Below, piece by piece: positions 31,759-41,368 of a DNA stretch of 64,000 nt (position 1 is the first letter of the stretch; each line of letters opens with the position of its first letter). Both the position numbers and the translations under genes were made by a program. Under the pieces are notes generated by a model that worked only from the letters and a program-made list of their open reading frames with translations, did no database searches and was not told the origin of the DNA. The stretch spans positions 448,001 through 512,000 of the forward strand of contig CAVTRY010000013.1 of assembly GCA_963737265.1 (NCBI GenBank). Reading direction: 5' to 3'. Source of the stretch: an uncultured delta proteobacterium. Lineage in GTDB: Bacteria > Myxococcota_A > Polyangia > Fen-1088.

Positions 31759-32427
31759 ATGGCCACAACGACTGTGAGCGCCGAACCCGAAGGTATTTCT
31801 ATCGATCTCGACAAGACAGCTCTCATCATCATTGATATGCAGCGCGATTTCTTGGAGCCCGGGGGATTTGGAGAGACGCTCGGCAATAGGGTTTCACTGC
31901 TAAGCGCGGCGATCGGTCCGTGCAAGGCTTTGCTCAGCGGTGCCCGTAAGCGGGGAATGCTGGTCGTACACACCCGCGAGGGTCACCGACCTGACTTGAG
32001 CGATGCGCCCCAAGCGAAGGTAGAACGTGGCGCACCCAGCATGCGTATCGGCGCGCGCGGGCCCATGGGAAGGATTCTCGTGCGCGGCGAACCTGGGCAC
32101 GATATCGTCCCAGAGCTCTACCCGAAAGAAGGCGAGCCGATCGTTGACAAGCCAGGTAAGGGAGCTTTCTACGCCACGGACCTGCACTCGATTCTGCAGA
32201 ACCGTCACATTCAAAACCTGATTGTGTGCGGCGTCACCACCGAGGTCTGTGTCCACACAACGGTGCGCGAGGCCAACGATCGCGGTTACCGGTGTCTGGT
32301 GCCCGGTGACTGTTGCGGCTCGTATTTTCCCGAGTTCCACGAGGTCGGGCTGCGGATGATCAAGGCACAGGGCGGAATATTCGGCTGGGTTACGGACTCG
32401 GCCCGCGTTTTGGCTGCCATGGCGTGA
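31759..32427 (+). CDS. trtA: Triuret hydrolase-type cysteine hydrolase (isochorismatase family)
   Basis: IDMQRDF, DKPGKGAF, GVTTEVC (D-K-C triad); GGFG..LGN, TTEVC, SYFP, GGI residues typical of TrtA rather than BiuH. Confidence 0.8.
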   Translation: MATTTVSAEPEGISIDLDKTALIIIDMQRDFLEPGGFGETLGNRVSLLSAAIGPCKALLSGARKRGMLVVHTREGHRPDLSDAPQAKVERGAPSMRIGARGPMGRILVRGEPGHDIVPELYPKEGEPIVDKPGKGAFYATDLHSILQNRHIQNLIVCGVTTEVCVHTTVREANDRGYRCLVPGDCCGSYFPEFHEVGLRMIKAQGGIFGWVTDSARVLAAMA

Positions 32428-32491
32428 GGCCACTGACGAATGAATTGATCACTCAAATTGACTGGCAAATGACTGAAAAGAGGGAGAAACT

Positions 32492-34108
32492 ATGAGCACA
32501 ACAGCGACCCCGGCGAAGCCGCGCCTCTGGACACCCGGAGACTGGAACGCCTTTTTCGGTTTTGGAACGAACATTCTGGTCAACCTGCTGGTGTTGACCG
32601 GCCTTTTGCGTTTCGTGTTGAAGATGCCCGACCATTTGGTATTCGGACGCATCCTGCCGGCGACGGGGCTGATGCTTTGTCTCAGTACGCTTTACTACGC
32701 GCGACTGGCTTACAAACTGGCGGCTAGCACGGGCCGCTCGGATGTATGCGCCTTGCCGTCGGGCATTAGCGTGCCCCACATGTTCGTCGTGACCTTTGTG
32801 ATCATGCTGCCGATTGCCAGCAAGACGGGGGATCCCGTCAAGGGGTGGGAAGCAGGATTGACGTGGGTCTTCATTCAAAGCTTCGTTCTGATGGTCGGAG
32901 GTTTCGTCGCGCCTGTCATTCGCAAGATCACGCCAAGGGCGGCGCTGCTTGGTACCTTGGCCGGCGTGTCCATCGCCTTCATCTCCATGCGCCCCGCCCT
33001 CGAAATGTTCATGACGCCGGTCATTGGCATCGTCTGTTTCGCGGTTATCCTTGCCAGCTGGTTCGGTGGCGTGCGCTATTTCCGCGGTGTTCCGGCGGGC
33101 TTGGTGGCGATTGCCGTCGGAACTATCATCGCCTGGGGATCGAGCGCCCTTGGCCTCGACTATGGCGGCATGAGCCTAGCCAAGGTGAGAGACTCTTTCC
33201 AGAACTTCGGTTTCGCCGTGCCCCTGCCGGCGGTAAGTCACGTCTTCTCCGGCTTTCAATTCCTCGGCGTCATTCTCGTCACGGCGATCCCGTTCGGTAT
33301 CTATGACCTCGTCGAGGCCATCGACAACGTTGAGAGTGCGGCTGTGGCCGGCGATAGCTTTCCAACCACTCGCGTCCTCACCGCCGACGGGGTCGTCAGC
33401 CTGATCGGATGCTTGATGGGCAATCCCTTTATCAACGCAGTCTATATTGGCCACCCAGGATGGAAGGCCATGGGCGGTCGCATCGGCTATTCCGCCGCGA
33501 CCGGCGTCGCCGTCATCCTGCTCTCGTGGTTCGGAATCATTTCGCTGATGGTGTCGGTTATTCCGGTCGTGGCGATTTCCCCAATCCTCCTCTACATCGG
33601 GATGCTCATCGGCTCGCAGGCATTTCAAGAGTCGCCGAAGAGCCACGCTCCGGCCATCATTCTCGCCCTCACACCGCACGTGGCGGCCTGGGGAAAGCTA
33701 CAGATCGATAACTCCCTCGCTGCCGCGGGGACCAGCGCGGCCGCGGTCGGTCTGGACAAGCTGGGACAGCTCGGCGTGCTCTATCACGGTCTGGCTGTGC
33801 TGGGAGGTGGCTCCATCCTCGCCGGCCTAATCCTCGGCGCCATAGGCGTATTCATCATCGATCGCAATTTCAAAAAGGCCGCGGCGTTTTCTTTTGCGGG
33901 TGCGACGTTGACCTTCTTCGGTTTCATGCATGGTGAGGCCATCGGCATCGGCGAAACCCCGGTGGTGGCCGTTAGCTACCTTGCCGTCGGTGCCATCATG
34001 CTCGCCTGTGCCAAGTTCGCCGTCGCAACGTCCACGCAGACGGTCCGACACCACGACGAAGAGGAAAGCCGCGAGGTTGTCCGCTCCGTGCTCGAAGCCG
34101 CCAAATGA
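32492..34108 (+). CDS. NCS2/AzgA-like permease
   Basis: Highly hydrophobic 538 aa; NVESAAVAGD, VYIGHPGWKAMGGRIGYS; same strand, 64 bp after trtA. Confidence 0.75.
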   Translation: MSTTATPAKPRLWTPGDWNAFFGFGTNILVNLLVLTGLLRFVLKMPDHLVFGRILPATGLMLCLSTLYYARLAYKLAASTGRSDVCALPSGISVPHMFVVTFVIMLPIASKTGDPVKGWEAGLTWVFIQSFVLMVGGFVAPVIRKITPRAALLGTLAGVSIAFISMRPALEMFMTPVIGIVCFAVILASWFGGVRYFRGVPAGLVAIAVGTIIAWGSSALGLDYGGMSLAKVRDSFQNFGFAVPLPAVSHVFSGFQFLGVILVTAIPFGIYDLVEAIDNVESAAVAGDSFPTTRVLTADGVVSLIGCLMGNPFINAVYIGHPGWKAMGGRIGYSAATGVAVILLSWFGIISLMVSVIPVVAISPILLYIGMLIGSQAFQESPKSHAPAIILALTPHVAAWGKLQIDNSLAAAGTSAAAVGLDKLGQLGVLYHGLAVLGGGSILAGLILGAIGVFIIDRNFKKAAAFSFAGATLTFFGFMHGEAIGIGETPVVAVSYLAVGAIMLACAKFAVATSTQTVRHHDEEESREVVRSVLEAAK

Positions 34109-34121
34109 GGAACGTCAGGAC

Positions 34122-34850
34122 CTATACGGTCAGGTGCTGACGAATTAGGTCATCGTTAAGGTCGGCCATGGCCCCCTCGGCCATGGTTCGGCCGCGGTCC
34201 ATGATGCAGAAGCTTCGCGAAACCCGGCGGGCGAACGGAAGCTTCTGCTCGACCAAGAGCACGGCAATACCGGCCTCTTGATTGAGGCGAATAATCACAT
34301 CCCCTATCTCGTGAACTACATTCGGCTGAATGCCCTCGGTGGGTTCGTCGAGAATGAGTAGTCTTGGATTGATTGCCAAAGCCCTGCCAATGGCGAGCTG
34401 CTGTTGTTGGCCGCCCGAAAGGTCGCCGCCGCGGCGATTGAGCATTTTCTTTAGAACCGGGAATAGCCCGAAGACTTTGTCGAAGATTTCCTGTTTGGTG
34501 TTCTTGTCTTGGGAATTCTCGCGCGCTGCTCGAGCCGGTAAGCCGATGCGAAGATTCTCCTCAACGGTAAGCTGAGGGAATATCTCGCGTCCTTGCGGGA
34601 CATACCCGATACCAAGTCGCGCCCGCACCTCGGCGCCTCTTCCCACCAGGTTGTGGTCCGCGAATTGAATGCGGCCAGAGCGTGCGGGGAGAAGACCCAT
34701 AATGACCTTCAGGAGGGTGCTCTTGCCTACCCCGTTTCGCCCAGTCAGACAGGTGCAGCCACCCTCGGGCACGCTCAAATGCGTGTCCCACAATGTATGG
34801 CTCTCCCCGTAATACTGATTGAGGCCACCTATCTCCAGTATATTAGGCAC
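34122..34850 (-). CDS. urtE: Urea ABC transporter ATPase
   Basis: GRNGVGKS, YVPQGREIF, GGDLSGGQQQQLAIGRAL, DEPTEGIQP. Confidence 0.93.
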   Translation of the reverse strand: MPNILEIGGLNQYYGESHTLWDTHLSVPEGGCTCLTGRNGVGKSTLLKVIMGLLPARSGRIQFADHNLVGRGAEVRARLGIGYVPQGREIFPQLTVEENLRIGLPARAARENSQDKNTKQEIFDKVFGLFPVLKKMLNRRGGDLSGGQQQQLAIGRALAINPRLLILDEPTEGIQPNVVHEIGDVIIRLNQEAGIAVLLVEQKLPFARRVSRSFCIMDRGRTMAEGAMADLNDDLIRQHLTV

Positions 34851-35685
34851 CCAAATACACCTCGATGACGCGTGGGTCGTTTTGAATCTTCTCCATCGGC
34901 CCCTCGGCCAACACGCTTCCCTCGTGTAGGACGGTCACCTTGCGCGCGATCTGACGGATGAACTCCATGTCGTGTTCCACTACCACCACAGTGCGTTCTC
35001 CCGCCAGACGTTTGAGCAGTTGGGCAGTGCGTTCCATCTCGGCATGGTTCATGCCCGCCACGGGCTCGTCCACCAAGAGGACCTTCGGATCCTGTGCGAG
35101 TAGCATGCCGATCTCCAGCCACTGTTTGTGTCCGTGGGCCAGCAGCCCCGCCAGCTCGTTCCGGCGATCGGACAAGCCGACGGTCTCTAGTACCTCGTCG
35201 ATACGAGCGCGGTCGGCCTTGGACATCCGACTGAACAAGCTACTGAAGGCGCCCTTCTTTCCGCGCAACGCCAGCTCACAGTTCTCGAACACCGTGTGTC
35301 CGCCGAAAACCGTCGGCCGCTGGAACTTTCGTCCGATGCCGAGCGCCGCAATCTGACACTCGGACATCGTGGTCAAATCGAAAAGGCGGTTTTCCAAATA
35401 CACTGCGCCTTGGTCGGGACGTGTCTTGCCGGTAATGACGTCCATGAGCGTGGTTTTTCCTGCACCGTTGGGCCCGATAATGCAGCGAAGCTCGCCTCGG
35501 TCCAGGGTAAGGGTCAAGTCGTTGAGAGCCTTGAATCCATCGAAGCTTACGGTGATCTCCTCGACCCAAAGAACCAAACTGGCGCGCTTGCTCGACACAG
35601 CGTGGGCGCTTGACTCTGCTTTGGGCACCAGGCTCGATGATGGGAGATCCCTCGCCGCGAGTGCCATTTCCAGGTCTGGCGTCAT
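34843..35685 (-). CDS. urtD: Urea ABC transporter ATPase
   Basis: VSFDGFKALN, GPNGAGKT, GIGRKFQ, HGHKQWLEIGM, VYLG. Confidence 0.93.
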   Translation of the reverse strand: MTPDLEMALAARDLPSSSLVPKAESSAHAVSSKRASLVLWVEEITVSFDGFKALNDLTLTLDRGELRCIIGPNGAGKTTLMDVITGKTRPDQGAVYLENRLFDLTTMSECQIAALGIGRKFQRPTVFGGHTVFENCELALRGKKGAFSSLFSRMSKADRARIDEVLETVGLSDRRNELAGLLAHGHKQWLEIGMLLAQDPKVLLVDEPVAGMNHAEMERTAQLLKRLAGERTVVVVEHDMEFIRQIARKVTVLHEGSVLAEGPMEKIQNDPRVIEVYLGA

Positions 35686-36788
35686 GGCCGCCATTTCCTC
35701 ATGAGCTGAGACCAGGCACCAGCGATGCCCTTGGGCAGAAACAGGGTGACCAAGATGAATAGCGCACCGAGGACGTACAGCCACGCCGAGGGGAATGCTG
35801 CCGTCAGCCAGCTCTTACCACCGTTGATGAGCCACGCACCGAGCACGGCGCCCGCCAGACTTCCCCGGCCTCCTACCGCCACCCAGATGGCCATTTCGAT
35901 GGAGTTCGAGGGCTGCATCTCGCTCGGGTTGATGATGCCGACCTGGGGAACGTACAGGGCGCCGGCGAGCGCGCATAGAACCGCGGAAAAGGTCCAGACG
36001 AAGAGTTTGTAGTTGGTGGATTCGTATCCGCAGAAACGGGCCTTGAGCTCGGCGTCCCTGATGGCGGTTAACACGCGTCCGAGCTTGCTGGTCGTGATAT
36101 AGCGACACGCGACATACGCAAGCAGCAGCGTCGCCCCAGAGATCACGTACAATCCTAGGCGAGTGGTGGGCGCGTGTAGCGGGAAACCAAGAATGTGTTT
36201 GAAATCGGTCAGGCCATTGTTGCCGCCGAAGCCTGCCGAATTCTGAAAAAACAGCAACATCGCTGCATAGGTTAACGCCTGGGTGACGATGGAAAAGTAC
36301 ACGCCTTTGATCTTTGAACGAAACGCGAAGTACCCGAAGACGAAGGCCAGCAATCCCGGTCCCAGTAGCGCCATCAGCATGGCGAAGGGAAAGCTGTCGA
36401 AGCCGCGCCAATACCAGGGAAGGCTCTTCCAATCCAAGAACACCATAAAGTCCGGTAGTACGCTGCGATACACGCCTTCGCCCGCGATGGAACGCATGAG
36501 GTACATCCCCATGGCATAGCCGCCGAGGGCGAAGAAGAGCCCGTGCCCCAAGCTGAGAATGCCGGCGAATCCCCAAATGAGGTCAACGGATAGCGCGGAT
36601 ATGCCGAAGCAAAGGAACTTTCCCAAGAGCGGCACCAAGTAGTCTGGTGTATGCAGCGCCGAGCTCGGGGCCAACACCCCGTTCGACAGCGGCAAGACCA
36701 CGAGCACCAAGGCTGCGGCTGACAATACAGCCACCCAGGCTCGGGTCGTATGCATTTCCAAGAGGCGCTGGCGGACGTGCGCAATCAT
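35682..36788 (-). CDS. urtC: Urea ABC transporter permease
   Basis: DLIWGFAGILSLGHGLFFALGGY, KGVYFSIVTQA, GGNNGLTDF, YVPQVGIINP. Confidence 0.93.
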   Translation of the reverse strand: MIAHVRQRLLEMHTTRAWVAVLSAAALVLVVLPLSNGVLAPSSALHTPDYLVPLLGKFLCFGISALSVDLIWGFAGILSLGHGLFFALGGYAMGMYLMRSIAGEGVYRSVLPDFMVFLDWKSLPWYWRGFDSFPFAMLMALLGPGLLAFVFGYFAFRSKIKGVYFSIVTQALTYAAMLLFFQNSAGFGGNNGLTDFKHILGFPLHAPTTRLGLYVISGATLLLAYVACRYITTSKLGRVLTAIRDAELKARFCGYESTNYKLFVWTFSAVLCALAGALYVPQVGIINPSEMQPSNSIEMAIWVAVGGRGSLAGAVLGAWLINGGKSWLTAAFPSAWLYVLGALFILVTLFLPKGIAGAWSQLMRKWRP

Positions 36789-36790
36789 GG

Positions 36791-38407
36791 TCAGACCTCG
36801 ATGCGCCCCTTGACAGTAAAGATCCCCTGGGGCCGCCGCTGAATGAACAGGATGATGAAGGCCAAAACAACGATCTTGCCCAATACCGCGCCTGCGAAAG
36901 GTTCGAGGGTTTTGTTGAGGAGGCCCAATCCCGACGATGCGACGATGGTGCCAGCCAAACGTCCCACCCCGCCCAGCACCACGACCATGAACGAATCGAT
37001 GATGTAGGTTTGGCCGAGCTCCGGCCCAACGTTGCCAATCTGGGACAGTGCCACGCCACCCAGGCCGGCGATCCCGGAGCCGAGGCCGAACATCCACATG
37101 TCGATGCGCGAGGTTGCAATGCCCAAGCACGAAGCCATCGAGCGATTTTGAGTCACAGCGCGTACCTGCAAGCCCAGGCGCGTTCGTTGCAGCAAGGCCC
37201 AAACCGCCACGGTGACGGCGATTGCGAACAGGATCACCGCGATGCGGTTGTAGGGCAGCACCAGCCCTTCGGCGATTTCCGCCCCGCCGCCGAGCCAGTC
37301 GGGATTGGCGACAGCCACATTCTGGGCTCCGAAGACCAGGCGAACGGTCTGGATCAGACCCAGACTGATACCCCAGGTGGCGAGGAGTGTCTCTAGGGGC
37401 CGGCCGTAAAGGAAACGGATGATCGTTTTCTCAAGAACCACACCGGCAAACAGGGTGGTCAGAAAGGCCAGCGGCACCGCCGCCAGCAAATAGAAGCGAA
37501 TACTACCGGGAAACCAACGCTCAAAGGCGATCTGGACCGCGTAGGTGGCGTAGGCCCCCAGCATCAGCATCTCGCCGTGAGCCATGTTAATGACCCCCAG
37601 TAAGCCAAAGGTCACGGCCAGTCCCAGGGCAGCTAGCAACAGAATGCTGGCCAGGCTCAACCCGTGAAATAGCGCCCCGACCAAATCGACCCATTGCTGG
37701 CGGCTCTCAATCACATCGAGGGCCTGTCTCGCACCCTTGCGAATTCGCTCGTCGGTGGTGGTTGGCGCCGCTAAACGTTTAAGGTCGCTCTGGAGCGAGG
37801 GCGTGCCCAGGGTGCGCGCCACCGCCAATCCGGCCAATTGGCGATCGGGATCGGTGCTCTCTAGATCCAACCGCGCCAAGGCAACAGCCATCGCGTTGCG
37901 AACCTTTGCAATCCTCTCGACGTTCAAGGCGCCTCGCAACAGGGTGGCCGATTCAGCGCTGCCGCGCTCTTCGAGCTCCTTCGCCGCCGCCAATCGCACC
38001 GACTCGGAAGGCGACCGCAACTTCAGCTGGGCCAGCACCGGCAGAGCCTGCCGGCGAACCTGGTTGTTCACCTCCACCTCGTGGGTTCCCGTCGGCTGCG
38101 GATTGGCTACGGTACCAGACAAGGCGCTTCGTAGTGTTCTCTCATGCGGTGCGGTGTAATAGACCGCGCCATCGGGACCGGCCCGCAGGCGATCATCGCA
38201 TAGCGCCTCCAAAGCCGAGACAACGCTCGCGTCCCCCAGGGTCGCGAGCTCATTCAGGCTCCGCTCGACCACCTCGCCGTCCGGTGAAGCCAGTCCCCGC
38301 AAGACCTCTTCCAGCGAGCTAGCCGCTTTCGCCTCCGAAGTGACTGCCGTCGCAGTTATCGCCATGAAGGCTAAGGTGGCGGACTTCTGTCTGGGGTTCA
38401 TCGACAT
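36791..38407 (-). CDS. urtB: Urea ABC transporter permease with N-terminal HEAT-like periplasmic domain
   Basis: GVINMAHGE, LYGRPLETLLATWG, IDSFMVVVLGG, FIQRRPQG. Confidence 0.92.
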   Translation of the reverse strand: MSMNPRQKSATLAFMAITATAVTSEAKAASSLEEVLRGLASPDGEVVERSLNELATLGDASVVSALEALCDDRLRAGPDGAVYYTAPHERTLRSALSGTVANPQPTGTHEVEVNNQVRRQALPVLAQLKLRSPSESVRLAAAKELEERGSAESATLLRGALNVERIAKVRNAMAVALARLDLESTDPDRQLAGLAVARTLGTPSLQSDLKRLAAPTTTDERIRKGARQALDVIESRQQWVDLVGALFHGLSLASILLLAALGLAVTFGLLGVINMAHGEMLMLGAYATYAVQIAFERWFPGSIRFYLLAAVPLAFLTTLFAGVVLEKTIIRFLYGRPLETLLATWGISLGLIQTVRLVFGAQNVAVANPDWLGGGAEIAEGLVLPYNRIAVILFAIAVTVAVWALLQRTRLGLQVRAVTQNRSMASCLGIATSRIDMWMFGLGSGIAGLGGVALSQIGNVGPELGQTYIIDSFMVVVLGGVGRLAGTIVASSGLGLLNKTLEPFAGAVLGKIVVLAFIILFIQRRPQGIFTVKGRIEV

Positions 38408-38495
38408 TGCCTTTCCTCCGCTCGTCGCCGACGAGGCTCGGGACTCGTCGGCGACCCTGGCATTGACTACATCATGGCCGAGGCTGCGTCCTGTC

Positions 38496-39857
38496 TTAGT
38501 TGTCCGCCGCAAACTTCGGTTCGGTACAGTTGCCGCAAACCCAGGGATAGGTCCAGTCCGCGACCTTCTTGGCGCTGTCGGGAATGAATGGGCTCCAAGC
38601 CTGCGCGCGAATGGGTCCCTCGGTCTTCCAGACAACGTGGAACTGACCATCGGCTTTCACTTCGCCGATAAACACTGGCTTATGAAGGTGATGGTTCTTG
38701 GCGTCCATCTCGATCTCGAATCCCGAGGGAGCCTTGATCTTCTGATAGCCAATCGCCTGGCGCACGGCATCCACCTGGGTGGTCTTCGCCTGTTCGACGG
38801 CGTGGGCCCACATCTTGATCCCGATGTAGGTAGCCTCCATCGGATCGTTGGTCACCCGTTTGTCGCCTCCGGGCAAGTTGTTCTTTTTCACGTAGGCCAT
38901 CCACTTGTCGATGAACGCCTTGTTTTCGGGCGTGTCGATGGACATGAAGTAGTTCCACGCCGCCAACTGTCCGACCAGCGGCTTGGCGTCGATACCACGC
39001 AACTCCTCTTCACCCACGGAGAACGCAACCACGGGAATATCTTCAGCCTTGATGGCCTGGTTTCCGAGCTCTTTGTAGAAGGGCACGTTGGAATCGCCGT
39101 TGATGGTCGAAACCACGGCGGTCCGCTTTCCAGTGGCAAATTTCTTGATGTCGCCCACGATGGTCTGATAGTCGCTGTGCCCAAAGGGGGTGTATTTCTC
39201 CAGGATGTCATCGTCTGTCACCCCCTTCGAATGGAGGAAGTAGCGCAATATCTTGTTGGTGGTGCGGGGATAGACATAGTCGGTGCCGAGCAGAACCCAG
39301 CGCTTGGCGCCGCCTCCCTTCTTGCTCATCAGATACTCGACGGCTGGGATGGCCTGCTGGTTGGGCGCCGCACCGGTGTAGAAGACGTTAAACGACGATT
39401 CCTCGCCCTCATACTGAACCGGGTAAAACAGAAGGCCATTCAGCTCTTCAAACACGGGTAGCACCGATTTGCGCGATACCGATGTCCAACAACCGAAGAC
39501 CACGGCGACTTTCTGGTTCTGGATGAGGTCGCGGGCCTTCTCGGCAAACAGCGGCCAGTTTGACGCCGGATCCACTACCACCGGCTCGATCTTGCGACCA
39601 AGCAGACCACCCGCGGCGTTGATCTCCTCCAAGGTCATCAAGGCCACGTCCTTGAGGGACGTCTCGCTGATGGCCATGGTTCCCGACAGCGAATGGAGGA
39701 TGCCGACCTTGATGGGGCCGGTATCCGCCGCAGGCGCAGGCGCAGCCGGTGCCGCCGGAACGGGGGCCGACGCCGGCTTCGCTTCTTCCGTCTTGTTACA
39801 GCCGCTCGTCGACGTCAGCGACAGGGTCAACATAACTGTTACCAAAGATACACGCAT
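38496..39857 (-). CDS. urtA: Urea ABC transporter substrate-binding protein
   Basis: KVGILHSLSGTMAISE, FGCWTSVSRK, YPVQYEG, TDYVYPRTTN. Confidence 0.95.
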   Translation of the reverse strand: MRVSLVTVMLTLSLTSTSGCNKTEEAKPASAPVPAAPAAPAPAADTGPIKVGILHSLSGTMAISETSLKDVALMTLEEINAAGGLLGRKIEPVVVDPASNWPLFAEKARDLIQNQKVAVVFGCWTSVSRKSVLPVFEELNGLLFYPVQYEGEESSFNVFYTGAAPNQQAIPAVEYLMSKKGGGAKRWVLLGTDYVYPRTTNKILRYFLHSKGVTDDDILEKYTPFGHSDYQTIVGDIKKFATGKRTAVVSTINGDSNVPFYKELGNQAIKAEDIPVVAFSVGEEELRGIDAKPLVGQLAAWNYFMSIDTPENKAFIDKWMAYVKKNNLPGGDKRVTNDPMEATYIGIKMWAHAVEQAKTTQVDAVRQAIGYQKIKAPSGFEIEMDAKNHHLHKPVFIGEVKADGQFHVVWKTEGPIRAQAWSPFIPDSAKKVADWTYPWVCGNCTEPKFAADN

Positions 39858-39906
39858 GTGGGTTCCTCCAACGGAATACAAGGGTTGTTCCTTCAAAGGC
39901 ATTAGC

Positions 39907-41148
39907 CTACTCCTGCATCTGCACGCCAAGCTGAATGGCATTGGACGCCTTCGTCCCGTTCCCAAGGTCTATCCTCTGATAGCCAAGGGCGACTTTCAGG
40001 TCGAAATCATGAATTACGTAGGTCACGAACGCATCGACGATGTTCCACTTCGAACCGCCACCCTGCGGGGAGGCCTGTTGCCACCTAAACAGAGGCTGCA
40101 ATTTCCCCACTCCGATATAGTCCGCGGTTAGAAAGCTCCCCAAAATATAGTAAGCTTGCTTAACTGCCTGACCATCATCAAAGTGGTAGTAGGTCCCCTC
40201 CAAGGAAAGTGTGCCAGCTCCGGGCAAGGTCTTTTCCGCCAACAGATCGCCCAATACGAGCTTCAGGTTCGTCGGAGCCGTTGCCGTCCCGGAGCCATCC
40301 TTCTCATATTGGAAGCCGCCGCCGATCGCCACGATATCCTTGCCTCCGTAGTAGGTGCTGTTGCCCCAAAACCCAGGCTCCGTTCCGAGCAGCGCGATGT
40401 TCACGCGACCGGAGTAAAGAGGGCTTTGCTTGGCGTTTTCGAGATTGAAGACGCCCAGAAAATACTTACCCTTCCCATCGAGGATGTTGCCCCAAACGAC
40501 GGCACCGTCGTCGCGCCCGGTGGGCCCAGTCCTCGGACCCACGAAGTTTGCTCCGTAGCCGCCCGGGTAGTTCCACGGGCTCATGTAGAAAGGACCGCTG
40601 AAATTGGATCGGTCCGAAGGCACCAGGAGCCGGCCGGCCCACACCCGGAATTCATCCACAGGCTCGAACTTGAGAATCAAGTCCATGACCGAGGCCGTGC
40701 CAGTCGGTCCCAGTTCATTGGTGCCGAGGAGGTCGGCGTTGAATCGCGCCTCCCACCCAAAGTACTTGTTGAGCGCCCCGCCAAAGTGCGCCTCGAGATA
40801 CAGGGTGCTCAGGCCAATGTCGTTGAGCTTGCTCTGGTCGGTTGAGCCCTGAATTTGGCCAGCCGCCCGAAGGCCGAAACTGGTGTTGATTTTTGCCGGC
40901 AACCGTTCCAGAGGTACCGCTGGGACGGCCGACGGTGGCGGTGCTGCCATGGCAGGTACAGGTGCAGGTTGAGGCGGTGGCTCTGGGGGCACGGCCGGAG
41001 CCGGCGCGGGAGCCGCGGCTGGCGGCGGCATGTCAGCCGGCGGTGGCTGGGCCTCCTCTGCCATGGCGCTTGGCGCCGTCGCCACTGTTGCCAAAAACCC
41101 AACCATCACAGTTCCCTTCAATCTGCCTCGTTCGGAACGTAATCGCAT
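39907..41148 (-). CDS. Outer-membrane porin (FmdC/OprP-like, putative short-chain amide/urea porin)
   Basis: Signal peptide, Pro-rich linker, amphipathic strands, GRLLVPSDRSN, C-terminal IQLGVQMQ; upstream of urtA; start uncertain. Confidence 0.75.
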   Translation of the reverse strand: MRLRSERGRLKGTVMVGFLATVATAPSAMAEEAQPPPADMPPPAAAPAPAPAVPPEPPPQPAPVPAMAAPPPSAVPAVPLERLPAKINTSFGLRAAGQIQGSTDQSKLNDIGLSTLYLEAHFGGALNKYFGWEARFNADLLGTNELGPTGTASVMDLILKFEPVDEFRVWAGRLLVPSDRSNFSGPFYMSPWNYPGGYGANFVGPRTGPTGRDDGAVVWGNILDGKGKYFLGVFNLENAKQSPLYSGRVNIALLGTEPGFWGNSTYYGGKDIVAIGGGFQYEKDGSGTATAPTNLKLVLGDLLAEKTLPGAGTLSLEGTYYHFDDGQAVKQAYYILGSFLTADYIGVGKLQPLFRWQQASPQGGGSKWNIVDAFVTYVIHDFDLKVALGYQRIDLGNGTKASNAIQLGVQMQE

Positions 41149-41368
41149 GTATCCTCCATCCATGTTGCAGCCATGTTGATTAATGCGCACTCTCCCGTCT
41201 CTTGCGGTCGCTGCGCGAGTTGTGGGAAGTATCCAGACACCGCTTCTCTCTTCTGTTTAGAACAATACGAAGTCAATCTACACGATGGGTTGTAAACATC
41301 CGATGTCGTTACATGAAATGCTACGTAACATGTGCCATTGGCGTAACCATGGGCATAACAGGGGTGCA

